This document shows positions 29,181 to 41,993 of a stretch of DNA of 64,000 nt, piece by piece. The notes beneath the pieces were generated by a model. It was not told the DNA's origin. It ran no database searches and saw only the letters and a list, made by a program, of their open reading frames with translations. The DNA is from an uncultured Acidimicrobiaceae bacterium (GTDB lineage Bacteria; Actinomycetota; Acidimicrobiia; Acidimicrobiales; RAAP-2). The DNA is taken from the NCBI GenBank assembly GCA_963835465.1, contig CAWIFR010000007.1:494949-558948 (forward strand). The letters are read 5' to 3'. Each line of letters opens with the position of its first letter. The first letter of the stretch is position 1. The position numbers and the translations under genes are program-made.

Positions 29181-30643
29181 GACGGAACCCCCACGGCCAG
29201 GCTCGGCGGGTCGAGCACGGGTGCGGCCGCCTCGACGACGGCCGCCACCTTGAAGAGAGTCCCCTCGGACAGGGCCGGACCGAGGAGTTGCACCCCGATC
29301 GGCAGGCCGTCCTCACCAGGGCCGAAGGGAACGCTGATGGCCGGGTGACCGGCCAGGTTGCTGGGAATGGTGCAGACATCGGAGAGGTACATGGTCAGGG
29401 GATCCCCCGTCTTGGACCCGAGCGGGAAGGCGGTGGTCGGCGCGGTGGGCCCGAGCAGGACATCGCACCGGCGGTACGCCGCGTCGAAGCCCTCGATGAT
29501 ACGGGTGCGGACCCGGAGGGCCTGGTTGTAATAGGCATCCATGTAGCCAGCGGACAGCACATAGGTGCCCAGCATGATGCGGCGCTTGACCTCGGCGCCG
29601 AATCCGGCGGAGCGGGAGGCGGCGTTCATGGTGGCGGTGTCCTCGGCGTCCACCCGCAGTCCGTAGCGGACCCCGTCGTAGCGGGCCAGGTTGGAGGAGG
29701 CCTCGGCCGGAGCGATGAGGTAGTACGCGGAGAGGCCGAGCCGGACCTCGGGCACCGACACCTCTTCCACCCTGGCCCCGGCCGCGTCCAGGGCATCGGC
29801 GGCCTGGCGCACCCGGGCCGCCACGTCGGGGGCGGCTCCGTCGAGCAGTTCGGCCAGCACTCCGACGGTGAGCCCGGCCACCCCATCGTCGAGCACGGAG
29901 ACCACCCGGGGGGTGGGTCGGTTGAGCGACGTCGAGTCGGCTGGGTCGTGACCGCCGATCACATCGAAGAGCAGGGCGGCATCGGCCACCGTGGTGGCGA
30001 ACGGCCCGACCTGGTCGAGCGAGCTGGCAAAGGCGACGAGCCCGTACCGGGACACGGTGCCGTAGGTGGGCTTCATGCCCACCACCCCGCACAGCGCGGC
30101 CGGCTGGCGGATGGAACCACCCGTGTCCGAACCGAGGGCCAGGGGGACGAACCGGGCGGCCACGGCGGCGGCAGATCCCCCCGACGACCCGCCGGGGACC
30201 CGCCCGGTGTCATAGGGGTTGCGGGTGGGCCCAGTGGCCGACGTCTCCGTGGACGAGCCCATGGCGAACTCGTCCATGTTCGTCTTCCCCACCACTACCG
30301 CCCCGGCCCGCTCCAGCCGGGTCACCACCGTGGCGTCATAGGGGGGACGCCATCCCCGGAGGATGCGCGACGAGCACGTGGTGGGGATGCCCCGGGTGCA
30401 GAGGTTGTCCTTCAGGGCCACGGGCACACCGGCCAGCGGGCCCGGGTCCTCCCCGTTGGCCACAGCCCGGTCGACCTCGGCCGCCCGCGCCCGAGCCTCG
30501 TCGGCCATGACCAGGGTGAAGGCGTGAATGTCGGCATCACCGGCATCGATGGCGGCCAGTTGCTCCTCGACCACGTCGAGCGCCGACCGGCCACCCGATC
30601 GGACGGCGTTGGCCAGGAAGGTCGACGGGCGCGGGGCGCTCAC
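29177..30643 (-). CDS. gatA: Glutamyl-tRNA(Gln) amidotransferase subunit A
   Basis: 488 aa with amidase signature [13 protein letters not shown] and [15 protein letters not shown]. Overlaps the gatC stop and gatB start. Confidence 0.95.
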   Translation of the reverse strand: MSAPRPSTFLANAVRSGGRSALDVVEEQLAAIDAGDADIHAFTLVMADEARARAAEVDRAVANGEDPGPLAGVPVALKDNLCTRGIPTTCSSRILRGWRPPYDATVVTRLERAGAVVVGKTNMDEFAMGSSTETSATGPTRNPYDTGRVPGGSSGGSAAAVAARFVPLALGSDTGGSIRQPAALCGVVGMKPTYGTVSRYGLVAFASSLDQVGPFATTVADAALLFDVIGGHDPADSTSLNRPTPRVVSVLDDGVAGLTVGVLAELLDGAAPDVAARVRQAADALDAAGARVEEVSVPEVRLGLSAYYLIAPAEASSNLARYDGVRYGLRVDAEDTATMNAASRSAGFGAEVKRRIMLGTYVLSAGYMDAYYNQALRVRTRIIEGFDAAYRRCDVLLGPTAPTTAFPLGSKTGDPLTMYLSDVCTIPSNLAGHPAISVPFGPGEDGLPIGVQLLGPALSEGTLFKVAAVVEAAAPVLDPPSLAVGVPS

Positions 30644-30948
30644 GGAGCCTCCCCCAGGATGCGGGGCACCCTGAACCGGTGGTCCTCCACCGACGGGGCC
30701 TGCCCCAGGACCTCGTCCCGTTCGAGACAGGGTCGTACCTCGTCGGGCCGGAGCACATTGGTCACGGCCATGGCGTGGGCGGTGGGCTCCACCCCGGCCA
30801 GGTCCAAGGAGGCGACATCGGCCGCGTGGTCGAGCACCTGGGCCAGCTGCCCGGTGAACAGGTCGAGCTCCTCCTCGGTCAGGTCGAGACGGGCCAGGTG
30901 GGCCACGTGAGCCACGTCATCCCGGGTGATCCGCTCGGGGGTACTCAT
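30640..30948 (-). CDS. gatC: Asp/Glu-tRNA amidotransferase subunit C
   Basis: 102 aa with [35 protein letters not shown], typical GatC. Confidence 0.9.
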   Translation of the reverse strand: MSTPERITRDDVAHVAHLARLDLTEEELDLFTGQLAQVLDHAADVASLDLAGVEPTAHAMAVTNVLRPDEVRPCLERDEVLGQAPSVEDHRFRVPRILGEAP

Positions 30949-30964
30949 CGGGGGTCTCCGTGCA

Positions 30965-31738
30965 TCAAGCGGTCACCGAGCCGGAGCCGCCCATGACGGA
31001 GTGGGCGAATTCGACCACCTTGGCCTCGATCAGCGGGGCGTCCCAGTCCAGATTGGCCACGTGGTAGCTGTTCTCGAGGAAGACCCTCTGGATGGGTCCT
31101 CCCACCTTCTGCTCGAGGACATCGCCGGAGACCGGGTCGACCACGTGGTCCTCGCGGCTCGAGAGCAGGAGCGTGGGGCACCGGATCGACCCCAGGTCGG
31201 CCAACACCTCGTCGGCCCCCTCGAACAGCGAGAGGACGGGAGCCAAGGGCGTCCCTGGATAGGCCGACTCAACCATCCCCTCCTTCTTGATGTCTGAGCC
31301 GATGCCGTCGAGCACGTCGGTGCCGGCGTCGAGCAGCGCGCCGATGCCCTGGCGGAACTCCTCGTCGGGTGCCTGAATCAGGGGGTTGACCACGGCGATC
31401 CCGGCGAGGTGGGGATGGCGCTCAGCCAACCAGCAGGTCAGGGTGCCGCCCATGGACAGGCCGACGACCACCACCTTCCCGCATCTGGCGGCCAGGGCCT
31501 GGAAGTGGGCCTCGGCGGCCCCCGACCAGTCCTCCCACCGGGTGGGGGCCATGTCCTCGACAGCCGTGCCGTGCCCGGGGAGCAGCGGCAGCTCCACGGT
31601 GAAGCCGGCGGCGGCACAGGCCTCGGCTAACGGGCGCATCGACTGCGGGTTGCCCGTGAAGCCGTGGAGTACGAGTACGCCGTGGTCGCCTCCGGCGGCG
31701 GACCACGGCTCGGCACCGGGGATGATAGGAGCGGTCAC
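30965..31738 (-). CDS. Alpha/beta-hydrolase (carboxylesterase / lysophospholipase-like)
   Basis: ORF 30965..31903 trimmed to GTG 31738 (VTAPIIPGAEPW...). HGFTG oxyanion region, nucleophile elbow GLSMGG and a C-terminal His region (NSYHVA). Confidence 0.75.
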   Translation of the reverse strand: MTAPIIPGAEPWSAAGGDHGVLVLHGFTGNPQSMRPLAEACAAAGFTVELPLLPGHGTAVEDMAPTRWEDWSGAAEAHFQALAARCGKVVVVGLSMGGTLTCWLAERHPHLAGIAVVNPLIQAPDEEFRQGIGALLDAGTDVLDGIGSDIKKEGMVESAYPGTPLAPVLSLFEGADEVLADLGSIRCPTLLLSSREDHVVDPVSGDVLEQKVGGPIQRVFLENSYHVANLDWDAPLIEAKVVEFAHSVMGGSGSVTA

Positions 31739-31895
31739 GAAACGGGATGCTACCGGCCACACCGGGCCCAGGCCGCCACGCGGCCCTGGTCCCGACGCGC
31801 ACCGAGTCGTCGCCGGCCGCCCTGGGGACCCACCGGTGCTCGGGATAGTCTGGTCGCCCAGACCACGCGATCCACGGGCAAGGAGCAGCACACCG

Positions 31896-32304
31896 ATGGC
31901 CACCTATCAGTTCTCTGAGCGACGAGTGGTTGGACGAGGCCCGGTCCATCCGGGCGGAGTTCGACGGCAAGGGGGCCACCATCGACCACTCCATCCGGAT
32001 GAACCTGGTCATCGCGGCCGTCCCGTTCGGCGAGGGCACGGTCCTGGCCCACGTGGACACCTCGTCGGGCGAGCTGGTCCTCGACACCGGGCATATCGAG
32101 CCCATCGACCTGAAGGTCTCCCTCGACTACGACGTAGCCAAGGCCATCCTGGTGGAGGGCAATCCGCAGGCCGGCATCCAGGCCTTCATGTCCGGCAAGA
32201 TCAAGGTCGAGGGCGACATCGCCAAGCTGATGGCCCTCCAGACGGCGACCCCCGACCCGGCCGCCGCCGAGATCGCCGCTCGGATCCTGGCCATCACCGA
32301 GTAG
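31896..32304 (+). pseudogene. SCP2 (sterol-carrier-like) domain protein with an N-terminal frameshift
   Basis: The body is ORF 31930..32304 (AFMSGKIKVEGDIAKLMAL). ATG 31896 has a strong SD (AAGGAG, 31880-31885) but is in another frame: MATYQFS then a shift at about 31913-31916 into SDEWLDEARSIR. Confidence 0.6.
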
Positions 32305-33999
32305 TCCCCTCGACAGCCGCCTCCTCTCCGATCGGAGTCGAGCCAGGGGCGACCGAACCGGTCGGCTCGACCGGGGGGCGTGCCCGGTGCTGCCTCGGGG
32401 TGTCCCGCATGAAGAACCCGCAGACCCCGGCCAGCGCCGCCACCACGGCCCCGACGGCGTAGGCCCGGTGGAATGAGGCCAGGGTGCCCACGCCCACCAC
32501 CCCCCGACGCCTGCACGGTCACCATGACCTGGATACCGGTCACGATCCCGATCTGGGTGATCAGCTGTTGGGCGGCACTCATCACCCCGAGTTCGTCCGG
32601 CGCCACCTCGTTCGACGACGCCGACACCGTAGTGGGCGTGGCCAAGCCGATTCCCACCCCTGACAGGGCCAACGCCACCAGGATGGCCACCTGGGAGGGG
32701 TGGGACCCCAGCTGGGTGAAGGCCAGCATGGAAACGGTCAGGATGATCGCCCCCGCCACCACCAGCACACGCTCGCCGACCTTGACGGCGGCGTACCCGG
32801 CGACCGGGGCCATGAGCGAGAACATGAGGGGCCGGGCCGTGGACTCCAGTCCCGGCCCGGGTTTCGCTGTAGTGGTAGATGCCTTCCATCAGGATCGGGA
32901 ACAGGAAGAACCCCCCCATGTAGGAGAAGTTGGCCAGAGGACCGGGCCCCGAGCGGGAACACGAAGTTCCGCAGCCGGAAGTAGCGCAGGGGGATCAAGG
33001 GCTTCGGGGCCCGCCGTTCGTGGAGGACAAAGGCGACCCCGGCGACGAGGCTCACCCCGAAGGCGGCCAGCGTGGCGGGCGAGGAGAAGCCCCATGACGG
33101 TGCCTGGTTGAGGGCCAACAGTCCGGTGGTGACGGCCAAGGCCAGGGTCCACGACCCCTCCAGTCGAGCTGTCTCCACGGACCGGGATCGGTCTCCACCC
33201 CGGCCTCACCCGCCGGCGCGTCCTCGCCGCCCCCGCCAACCACGGTGCCCTCAGCCGCCTCCACCGGGCGGTCCTGGGACGGGAGCACGACGACAGCCAG
33301 GACGGCGGCGATGGCCATCAGGGGCAGTTCGCCCCAGAAGAGGGCCCGCCACCCGAAATACTGGATGATCGGGGCGCCGATGGTCACTCCGAGCACCGGT
33401 CCGCCCGCCCCGACCAGAGCCCACCAGCCCATAGCCTTGACCCGGTCCTCATGGGAGAAGGCCTGGAGGACGAGCGCCATGGATGCGGCCCCGGTTGCCG
33501 CGCCCTGGACCCCGTCGAAGAGGCGGGCGGCGATGAGCACCCCGGCGGTGGGGGCGGAGGCGGTGAGCACGACGCTGACGGCGGCGCCGGACAGGCCCCA
33601 CAGGTAGAGGCGGCGGTAGCCCCGGAGGTCACCCAGCTTGCCCAGTACCGGTGCGGCCACCCCGAAGGCCAGCAGGGGGCCGGTGGAGGTCCAGGTGAGG
33701 GTGGAGACCGAGGTGTGCAACTGGTGGGCCACCTGGGGCAGGGCGACGACGAACACGGTGAAGGTGATGTTGACCGACAGCAGGCCGGCCAGGACCGTCC
33801 AGAGCACCCACCACTGGTAGCGGTCCGACCGGGAAAGCCGCCGGTGGAGGCGGTGCCGGAACAGAATGGGCCAGGGCACCACGATGCCGCCTTCGGCACC
33901 GGCCCCGGTGCCGCTGAGCAGGGCCTCGGCCGATCGCACCTCATCGGGCTGGAAGGCCTCCTCGCCCCCGGGGCGGTCGGGGCCCCTCACCCGGAACAC
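32294..33999 (-). pseudogene. MFS drug/H+ antiporter (EmrB/QacA-like, 14-TM type), multiple frameshifts
   Basis: Fragments in different frames: 33052..33999 (WWVLWTVLAGLLSVNITFTVFVVALPQVAHQL...LGKLGDLRGYRR), 32738..33178, 32127..32825 (LALSGVGIGLATPTTVSASSNEV) and 32294..32500. Confidence 0.7.
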
Positions 34000-34003
34000 T
34001 CCC

Positions 34004-34882
34004 TCAGCCTCCGAGCCGGTGCATCTCCGCCTGCAGCTCCGCCACCGTCCATCGGTCGTCTTTGTCGATCGACTCGGTCATCGTCCAGGGTTGGAACAGG
34101 CGAACCTGGCCCCCCTGCACGAAGAAGACCCGACCGGTGGCCGGACAGGACTCGGTGGCCAGGTAGGCCACCAGGGGCGACACGTTGGCCGGATCCCAGC
34201 TGTCGAAGGTGGCGAGGTCGGCGGGCGCCCGGACGATGTCGGAGAGACCCGGGGTCTGCTCGGTCATCCGGGTGCGGGCCGCCGGGGCGATGGCATTGAC
34301 CCGGACGCCGTAGCGGACCAGTTCCTCGGCGGCGATGACGGTGAGGGCGGCGATGCCGGCCTTGGCCGCCCCGTAGTTCGACTGTCCAGGATTGCCCAGT
34401 AGGCCGGAGGTCGACGAGGTGTTGACGACCGACGCCCTGATCTCCTTGCCCTCCTTGGTCTGCTGTCGCCAGTAGGCGGCGGCGTGCCGGGTGGGAACGA
34501 AATGCCCCTTCAGGTGGACATGCACCACCGAGTCCCACTCGGCCTCGGACATGTTGACGAGCACTCGGTCCCGGAGGATGCCGGCATTGTTCACCAGTAC
34601 GTGCAGGTCCCCGAAGGCTTCGACGGCCGTTTGGACGAGGCGTCGGCCACCCTCCCAGTCGCAGACGTCGTCGGCATTGGCCACTGCGCTCCCCCCGGCG
34701 GAGACGATCTCGTCCACCACCTGCTGGGCGGGACTCCGGTCGTCCCCGGATCCGTCCACCGCGGCGCCGAGGTCATTGACCACCACGTTGGCGCCTTCGG
34801 CGGCGAACAACAGGGCGTGCTCGCGACCGATGCCGCGGCCGGCCCCGGTGATGATCGCGGTGCGTCCGTCGAGTGCTCCCAT
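34004..34882 (-). CDS. Short-chain dehydrogenase/reductase (SDR), intact
   Basis: 292 aa with TGAGRGIGREHALLFAAEGANVVVND, NNAG and Y-x3-K (YGAAKAG). Confidence 0.85.
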   Translation of the reverse strand: MGALDGRTAIITGAGRGIGREHALLFAAEGANVVVNDLGAAVDGSGDDRSPAQQVVDEIVSAGGSAVANADDVCDWEGGRRLVQTAVEAFGDLHVLVNNAGILRDRVLVNMSEAEWDSVVHVHLKGHFVPTRHAAAYWRQQTKEGKEIRASVVNTSSTSGLLGNPGQSNYGAAKAGIAALTVIAAEELVRYGVRVNAIAPAARTRMTEQTPGLSDIVRAPADLATFDSWDPANVSPLVAYLATESCPATGRVFFVQGGQVRLFQPWTMTESIDKDDRWTVAELQAEMHRLGG

Positions 34883-34980
34883 GTGGTCGGTCCCCCTGTC
34901 GTGCCAGCTGGGTGGCGGGCCATGCGCGGGGAGTGAGGTCCCGCCCGGGGGACCACGTTGGCAGGGGGCCTACGGCCGGG

Positions 34981-36109
34981 TCAAACCGGACCGACCCCGC
35001 TGGGCTCGGTCATCGCGACCGGCACGGGCTGGTCCACGGACTGACCCAGGCCGGCACCGACCACCGCGTCCACCATCCGGCGGACGCGGCCCCGTTCCCC
35101 CGCCACCAGGACGTACTCGGTGTTTCGCAGGTGGGACACCACCCCGACCTTCTGCCCCGAAGGACTGTGAATCCCGATCCGGGCTCCCACATAGCGCGCC
35201 GAGTCGAAGGCCAGCACCCGCACATCCCCCGGGCCGAGCACAGGGCATGCAACTCCTCGAAGGTGAGCCAGGCCTCGTTGTTGTAGGACAGCACCACCAC
35301 CTCGGCCCGCACCGCGTCGATGACCTCCCCCAGGGCGGGCAGGATGCTCCGCCGACCGTTGAAGGCACTGCGGCGCCGGGGATCCCGGAGGTCCTCCCGC
35401 TTGCAGGCCACCCCGTAGTGGGCGGGCGCGTCCCAGGCGACGATGGTCTCCCAGACGTGGTAGTTGGAGTCATAGCGGTGCTGGTTGTAGGGGGGGTCGA
35501 GGTAGGCGAGGTCGACGTCACCCAGCTGGGACGAGCCGGCCAGGTCGCGGCGTCCCCCTGGACGGCCCGACCGGGACCGTCCAGCAGGGCCGGGACCCGG
35601 AGTGCCAACGGCTGGTAGGCGCGGGGTGCCCACTCCTTCAGGTAGGCCATCTGCAGGCCGGTCGTCGAGTCGACCCGGTCGGCCGCCTCCAGCAGACTGG
35701 TCAACAGCACAGGCCACAGGGGGGTCCCGACATAGTCCGACTCGATGACCGCCCGCACCGCGTCGATGCGGGCACCGTTCTCGGGGCGAAAGAACCGGGA
35801 CGCCACACAGAACGTCTCGGTCACGTAGCCCGGGCTCCCCGCCACGTGGTTGAGGCCGTCAATGGCCTCGGCCACCTCGGCCCGGAACCCGGGTAGGGCC
35901 GAAGGGTCGGTGGCCACATAGCAACGGGCCAGCAGGTGGGCCACCCGGGCACTGTCCACGGCGGTGACGGTCAGGCCCAGGCCCTTCCAGGCCTGGGCCA
36001 CCCTCGTCGTGCCGCAGAACAGGTCGAGCCCGGTACGGGCGTCGGAGGCCTGGGCGAGCACCGTGAGGGCCGGGATCAGCCGGCGCTTGGAGCCCAAGTA
36101 CTTGATCAC
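34981..36109 (-). pseudogene. D12-class (Dam-like) N6-adenine DNA methyltransferase, two frameshifts, no adjacent endonuclease
   Basis: N-terminus MIKYLGSKRRLIP...DLFCGTTRV (ORF 34970..36109). Middle DLAYLDPPYNQHRY (ORF 35010..35717). C-terminus VRVLAFDSARYVGARIG (ORF 34981..35241). Junctions at about 35550 and 35240. Confidence 0.75.
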
Positions 36110-36169
36110 GGGGTTCGACGGCCTCGGCCACGACCGGTTGCGCCCGGGTCACCGCGGTGCGCCGGGGGG

Positions 36170-36481
36170 TCACCGGCGCCCGAACCGACGGAACCACCAG
36201 TCGGGATCACGGGCGTGGGCGTGGAAGTGGTCAGGAATCTGGCGCATGACCCGATCGAACGACCACACCCCCTCCCCCAACTGGTGGTCAGCCACCCGGC
36301 CCAGCTGGACGAGCATGTGCTCCACCTCGGCGTCGGGCGGTTCGTTGCCGTGCTGCTTCCACACCACCATGGGCACGTCGCACACTTCGCAGGCCGCCAC
36401 CCAGCACACCTCGTCCTCGTGGAACCACTCCGTGATGCGGGCGGCCTCACACAGCTCGCAGGCCGGGGAGGCCGTGGTCAC
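36170..36481 (-). CDS. Small Cys-rich HIT-like protein
   Basis: GTG 36481 overlaps the pknB-like stop (GTGA). The protein reads VTTASPACELCEAARITEWFHEDEVCWVAACEVCDVPMVVWKQHG...IPDHFHAHARD. H-F-H-A-H resembles the histidine-triad motif. Confidence 0.5.
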   Translation of the reverse strand: MTTASPACELCEAARITEWFHEDEVCWVAACEVCDVPMVVWKQHGNEPPDAEVEHMLVQLGRVADHQLGEGVWSFDRVMRQIPDHFHAHARDPDWWFRRFGRR

Positions 36482-38448
36482 AGCGTGTAGATATTGACGG
36501 TAGTGGACGCTGCCTGCACCGAGGTCCCGGCGACCGGGTCGGTCGAGAGCACCTTGGTCGCCCCGGGGGGACCGTAGGGGCCGCCCACCTTCAGACCGAG
36601 GGCCTGGAGCGCCGCGGTGGCCGCGGTCACGGTGTCGCCGACCACATTGGGGATGATCACAGGTTGGGGTCCGAGGGAGATGTCGACGGCCACCTTGGAG
36701 CCGAAGGGCTGGGGGCCGGCACTGGCCGGAGGGGTCGTGCCGATGATCTGGCCGGTCGGCACCGATGGAGCTGTACTGGTTGACCTGGGAAGGCACGAAG
36801 CCGAGGGCGGAGAGAGCGGCGGCCGCCGAGGCGTAGGACCCCGACACGACGGGGATGGCCACCGGGGCGTGGCCCTTCGAGGTCACGATCGTCACCGTCG
36901 AGCCGTAGGGGGCGGTGCCCGTGGGCACCGAGGTGATGACCGCGCCGGCCACCACCGTCGAGCTGTACTGCTGGGCGGCGGGTGGGCACACCCCGACCAG
37001 GTGGGCCGCCTTCAGGGCGGCCACGGCGTCGGTGCAATTGGTGAAGGAGCTCAGGGACGGGATGGCCACCGGGGGCGGCCCCGTGGAGACCACGACCCCG
37101 ATGGTCGAACCCTCCTTGGCCGTGGCCGGCTGGCCCCCCGAGCGCGCCGCCGGCTGCTGGCGCAGGATCAGGCCGGGGCCGACGGTGATGCTGGAGGCGT
37201 GGCCCGTCGTCCGAACGGTGAACTTGTCGGCCGTGACCGCCCGTTCCGCCTGGGCCACGGTCTTGCCCACCAGGACCGGAACCGGGTGGCTCGGCGTGAA
37301 CAGCTTGGCCTGGACGGCCAGGGCCAGGCCGCCGGCCACCAGAGCCAGGGCCACCACCACGATGGCGGTGATCCAGGGCCACCGGCGGCGGCGCGCCTTG
37401 ATGGGACCTCCCGTGCTGGCCGAGGGGCGACCCACCTTTGCGGGCATGACCTTCCTGGTGTTGGCCGCCTTCGGCTTGTCCACTCCGATGGCGCCGACCA
37501 CGGCCGGCACTCCGAGCTCGGTGGCGTCCGGACTGCCGCCGAAGGCCGGTCGGGCCATCACCCGGTCGACGTCATCGGCCTCCTCGACGGGAACGGCGTC
37601 GACGATGGGCAGGGGTTGCGGCTCGGGCAGCGTGGCGGCCAGTTCCTCCAGGCGGAGCGAGAGCTGGGCGGCGTCGAAGCGCTCGGACGGCTCGGGGGCG
37701 GCCGCCCACACCAGCACGTCGTTGAGCGGTCCGAGAGCGTCGTGTTCGGGCAGGAGGGCCCCGACCCGGGCCATGAGGGTGGCCACCGTAGTGTCACCAT
37801 GAACGGGGTCTCCCCGGTGACCCCCTCGTAGAGCACCAGGGCCAGGGCGTAGACATCGGCCTTCCCGTCCAGCACCCACCCCTCCACCTGTTCGGGTGCC
37901 GAGTAGCGCGCCGTGCCCAGGATGGCGCCGTCCGGCTCGGTCCACGACGCTTCGGCGAGGGCGCGGGCCAGCCCGAAGTCAGCGATCCGCAGTCTGGCCT
38001 CGGAGTCGAACAGGAGGTTGGCCGGCTTGATGTCCCGGTGGATCAGCCCGCGGCGGTGGGCGTAGTCGAGGCCGGCGGCGGCCTGGGGCCCGACCCGGAT
38101 GGCCTGCTCGGGCGAGAGGGGAGCGCCGGTGTCGTAGACCTGGCGGAGGCTGCCACCGGCCAGGTACTCGAGGACCAGAAAGGGCTGGTCTTGCTCCTCG
38201 CCCCAGTCATAGACCTGAAGGATGTTGGGATGGTTGAGTGCCGCCACCGCGCGGGCCTCGGCCCGGAAGCGCTTCAGGAAGTTGGCGTCACCGGCCAGGG
38301 CCGGGTGCAGCACCTTGATGGCGACCCGCCGATGCAACGAGACGTCGTCGGCCAGGTAGACGTGTGCGGACGCACCGGTACCCAGTGCGGTGACCAGTCG
38401 GTAGCGGTCGCCGAGGACACGCCCGATGGAGTCGGTGATACTCGGCAT
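36478..38448 (-). pseudogene. pknB: PknB-type Ser/Thr protein kinase with TM helix and PASTA repeats, two frameshifts
   Basis: Kinase domain in ORF 37558..38448 (GTGASAHVYLA...VAIKVL...HRDIKPANLLF...ADFGLA). It shifts at about 37800 (ccgttc|atggtg; restoring one c gives PFHGDTTVATLMARVG). TM WPWITAIVVVALALVAGGLALAV, then PASTA-like units. Second shift at about 36765 into ORF 36478..36762. Confidence 0.8.
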
Positions 38449-38748
38449 GATTCTTTCTCAGGGTACCCAGTGCCCCGCCCAGTTGGTGGAGGGTCGACTT
38501 CCCCCAGCGGGAGGGAACCACAACCGTCGCGCCAGCCGACAGTCCGGTGCCGGCCCCACTTTTGCACTGGCGGCCGAGGTGGGTCGCACGTGGTTCCCCC
38601 TTTCGATGCCGCCGGTCGCGGAGGCCAGGACGCCAACGTGTCGCTGGTCAATGTCCGTGCGCTCGGTGAGCCGGATACCGTGACGTCGCGACTCGGGGAC
38701 AGCCGTGAATGGACCCCGGCTCCCCCCTGTCTGTCGGCCATCGACCAG

Positions 38749-38772
38749 CTCGGTGACTCGGTGACTCGGTGC
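38749..38772. repeat. 8-bp tandem repeat CTCGGTGA CTCGGTGA CTCGGTGC
   Basis: Read directly from the sequence in the 330-bp intergenic region between the ligA stop and the pknB-like start. Confidence 0.6.
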
Positions 38773-38777
38773 CCCAC

Positions 38778-40905
<2,128 letters not shown>

Positions 40906-40912
40906 GCTCGGG

Positions 40913-41982
40913 TCAGGCGACGATGCCCGACCCGACCACCTCGTCGGGCTGTCCGGCGGTCGTAGAGGGCGACGGTCTGGCCCGGCGCGACGGGGCGCTG
41001 GGGCGCGCGAAGCGGACCAGCGAGCCGCCTGCTCGAGGCGCGACCGGGCGGGCACCGGGCGCCCGTGGGCACTGCACTGGGCGACGGCTCGAGACCGCCC
41101 GTGGACCAGCGCTCGGTGGGATCGCACGTCCGACCCAGGCACCGTGTGCAGCGCCACCTCGGTCGGCGCACGGCCGCCTCGGGCGGCCCGAGCATCACCC
41201 GGCGACCCGGGACGTCGACCGCGGTGACGAAGCGACGCCGCCCGTCGGCGCCGTGGCCCATCCCCCGCCGCTGGCCCACGGTGACCAGCTCGACGGCGTC
41301 GACGGTGCCGAGGTCCTCACCGGTGCCGGTGGTCGACCAGCCGGCCCGGGTGCAGGGCGAGGCGGTCGCGCCAGGAACCCGGCCCGCCCCTCGTCGGACC
41401 GGATGAAGCAGACGTCCTGGCTGTCGGGCTTGGCCGCCGTGCGCAGGCCGAGCCGGTGGGCCTCGGCGCGCACCTCGTCCTTGGTCAGCTCCCCCACCGG
41501 GAAGATCGTCCGGGCCAGCTGGTCCTGGCCCAGCATGGACAGCACGTAGGACTGGTCCTTGGGCGGGTCGGCCCCCCGGCACAGCCGGTAACCGACCGTC
41601 GGCGCGCCCGCACCCGGGCGTGGTGCCCGGTGGCCACGGCGTCGAAGCCCAGGCGCGCGGCCCGCTCCAGCAGCCGGTCGAACTTGAGGTGGCGGTTGCA
41701 CTCGATGCACGGGTTGGGCGTCCGCCCTCGGCGTGGCCCGCGACGTAGGGATCGACCACCCGTTCGCTCGAAGTCGTCGGCGAAGTTGAAGACGTGGTGG
41801 ACGATGCCCAGCTGCTGGGCCACCCGCCGGGCGTCCTCGACGTCGGCCACCGAGCAGCAGCCCGAGTCCGAGGGGCCGCCCCACAGCTTGAGGGTGGCCC
41901 CCACCACCTCGTCGGCCGGGCGCTCGGCCAGGAGGGCGGCGGCGACCGACGAGTCGACCCCTCCCGACATGGCCACCAGCAC
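40913..41982 (-). pseudogene. mnmA: tRNA 2-thiouridine(34) synthase, frameshifted
   Basis: Fragments: [19 protein letters not shown]...GATLKLW; [34 protein letters not shown]; [35 protein letters not shown]-terminus ...EVVGSGIVA, stop at 40913. Confidence 0.8.
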
Positions 41983-41993
41983 CCGCAGTCGGC

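Noticed and set aside
29033-30910. Very long antisense ORFs. These include the 625-aa ORF opposite gatA/gatC, and also 21550..22800 opposite cysN, 17182..18423 opposite the beta-helix gene, 54214..55545 opposite the GS-like gene, 57554..58687 opposite leuA, 58665..60221 opposite the FGGY kinase and 10443..11099 opposite capD.
   Set aside because: They are shadow ORFs typical of about 70% GC DNA, where stop codons are rare on the antisense strand of real genes. The translations are Arg/Gly/Pro/His-rich and low-complexity with no recognisable motifs. The opposite strand carries unmistakable conserved proteins.
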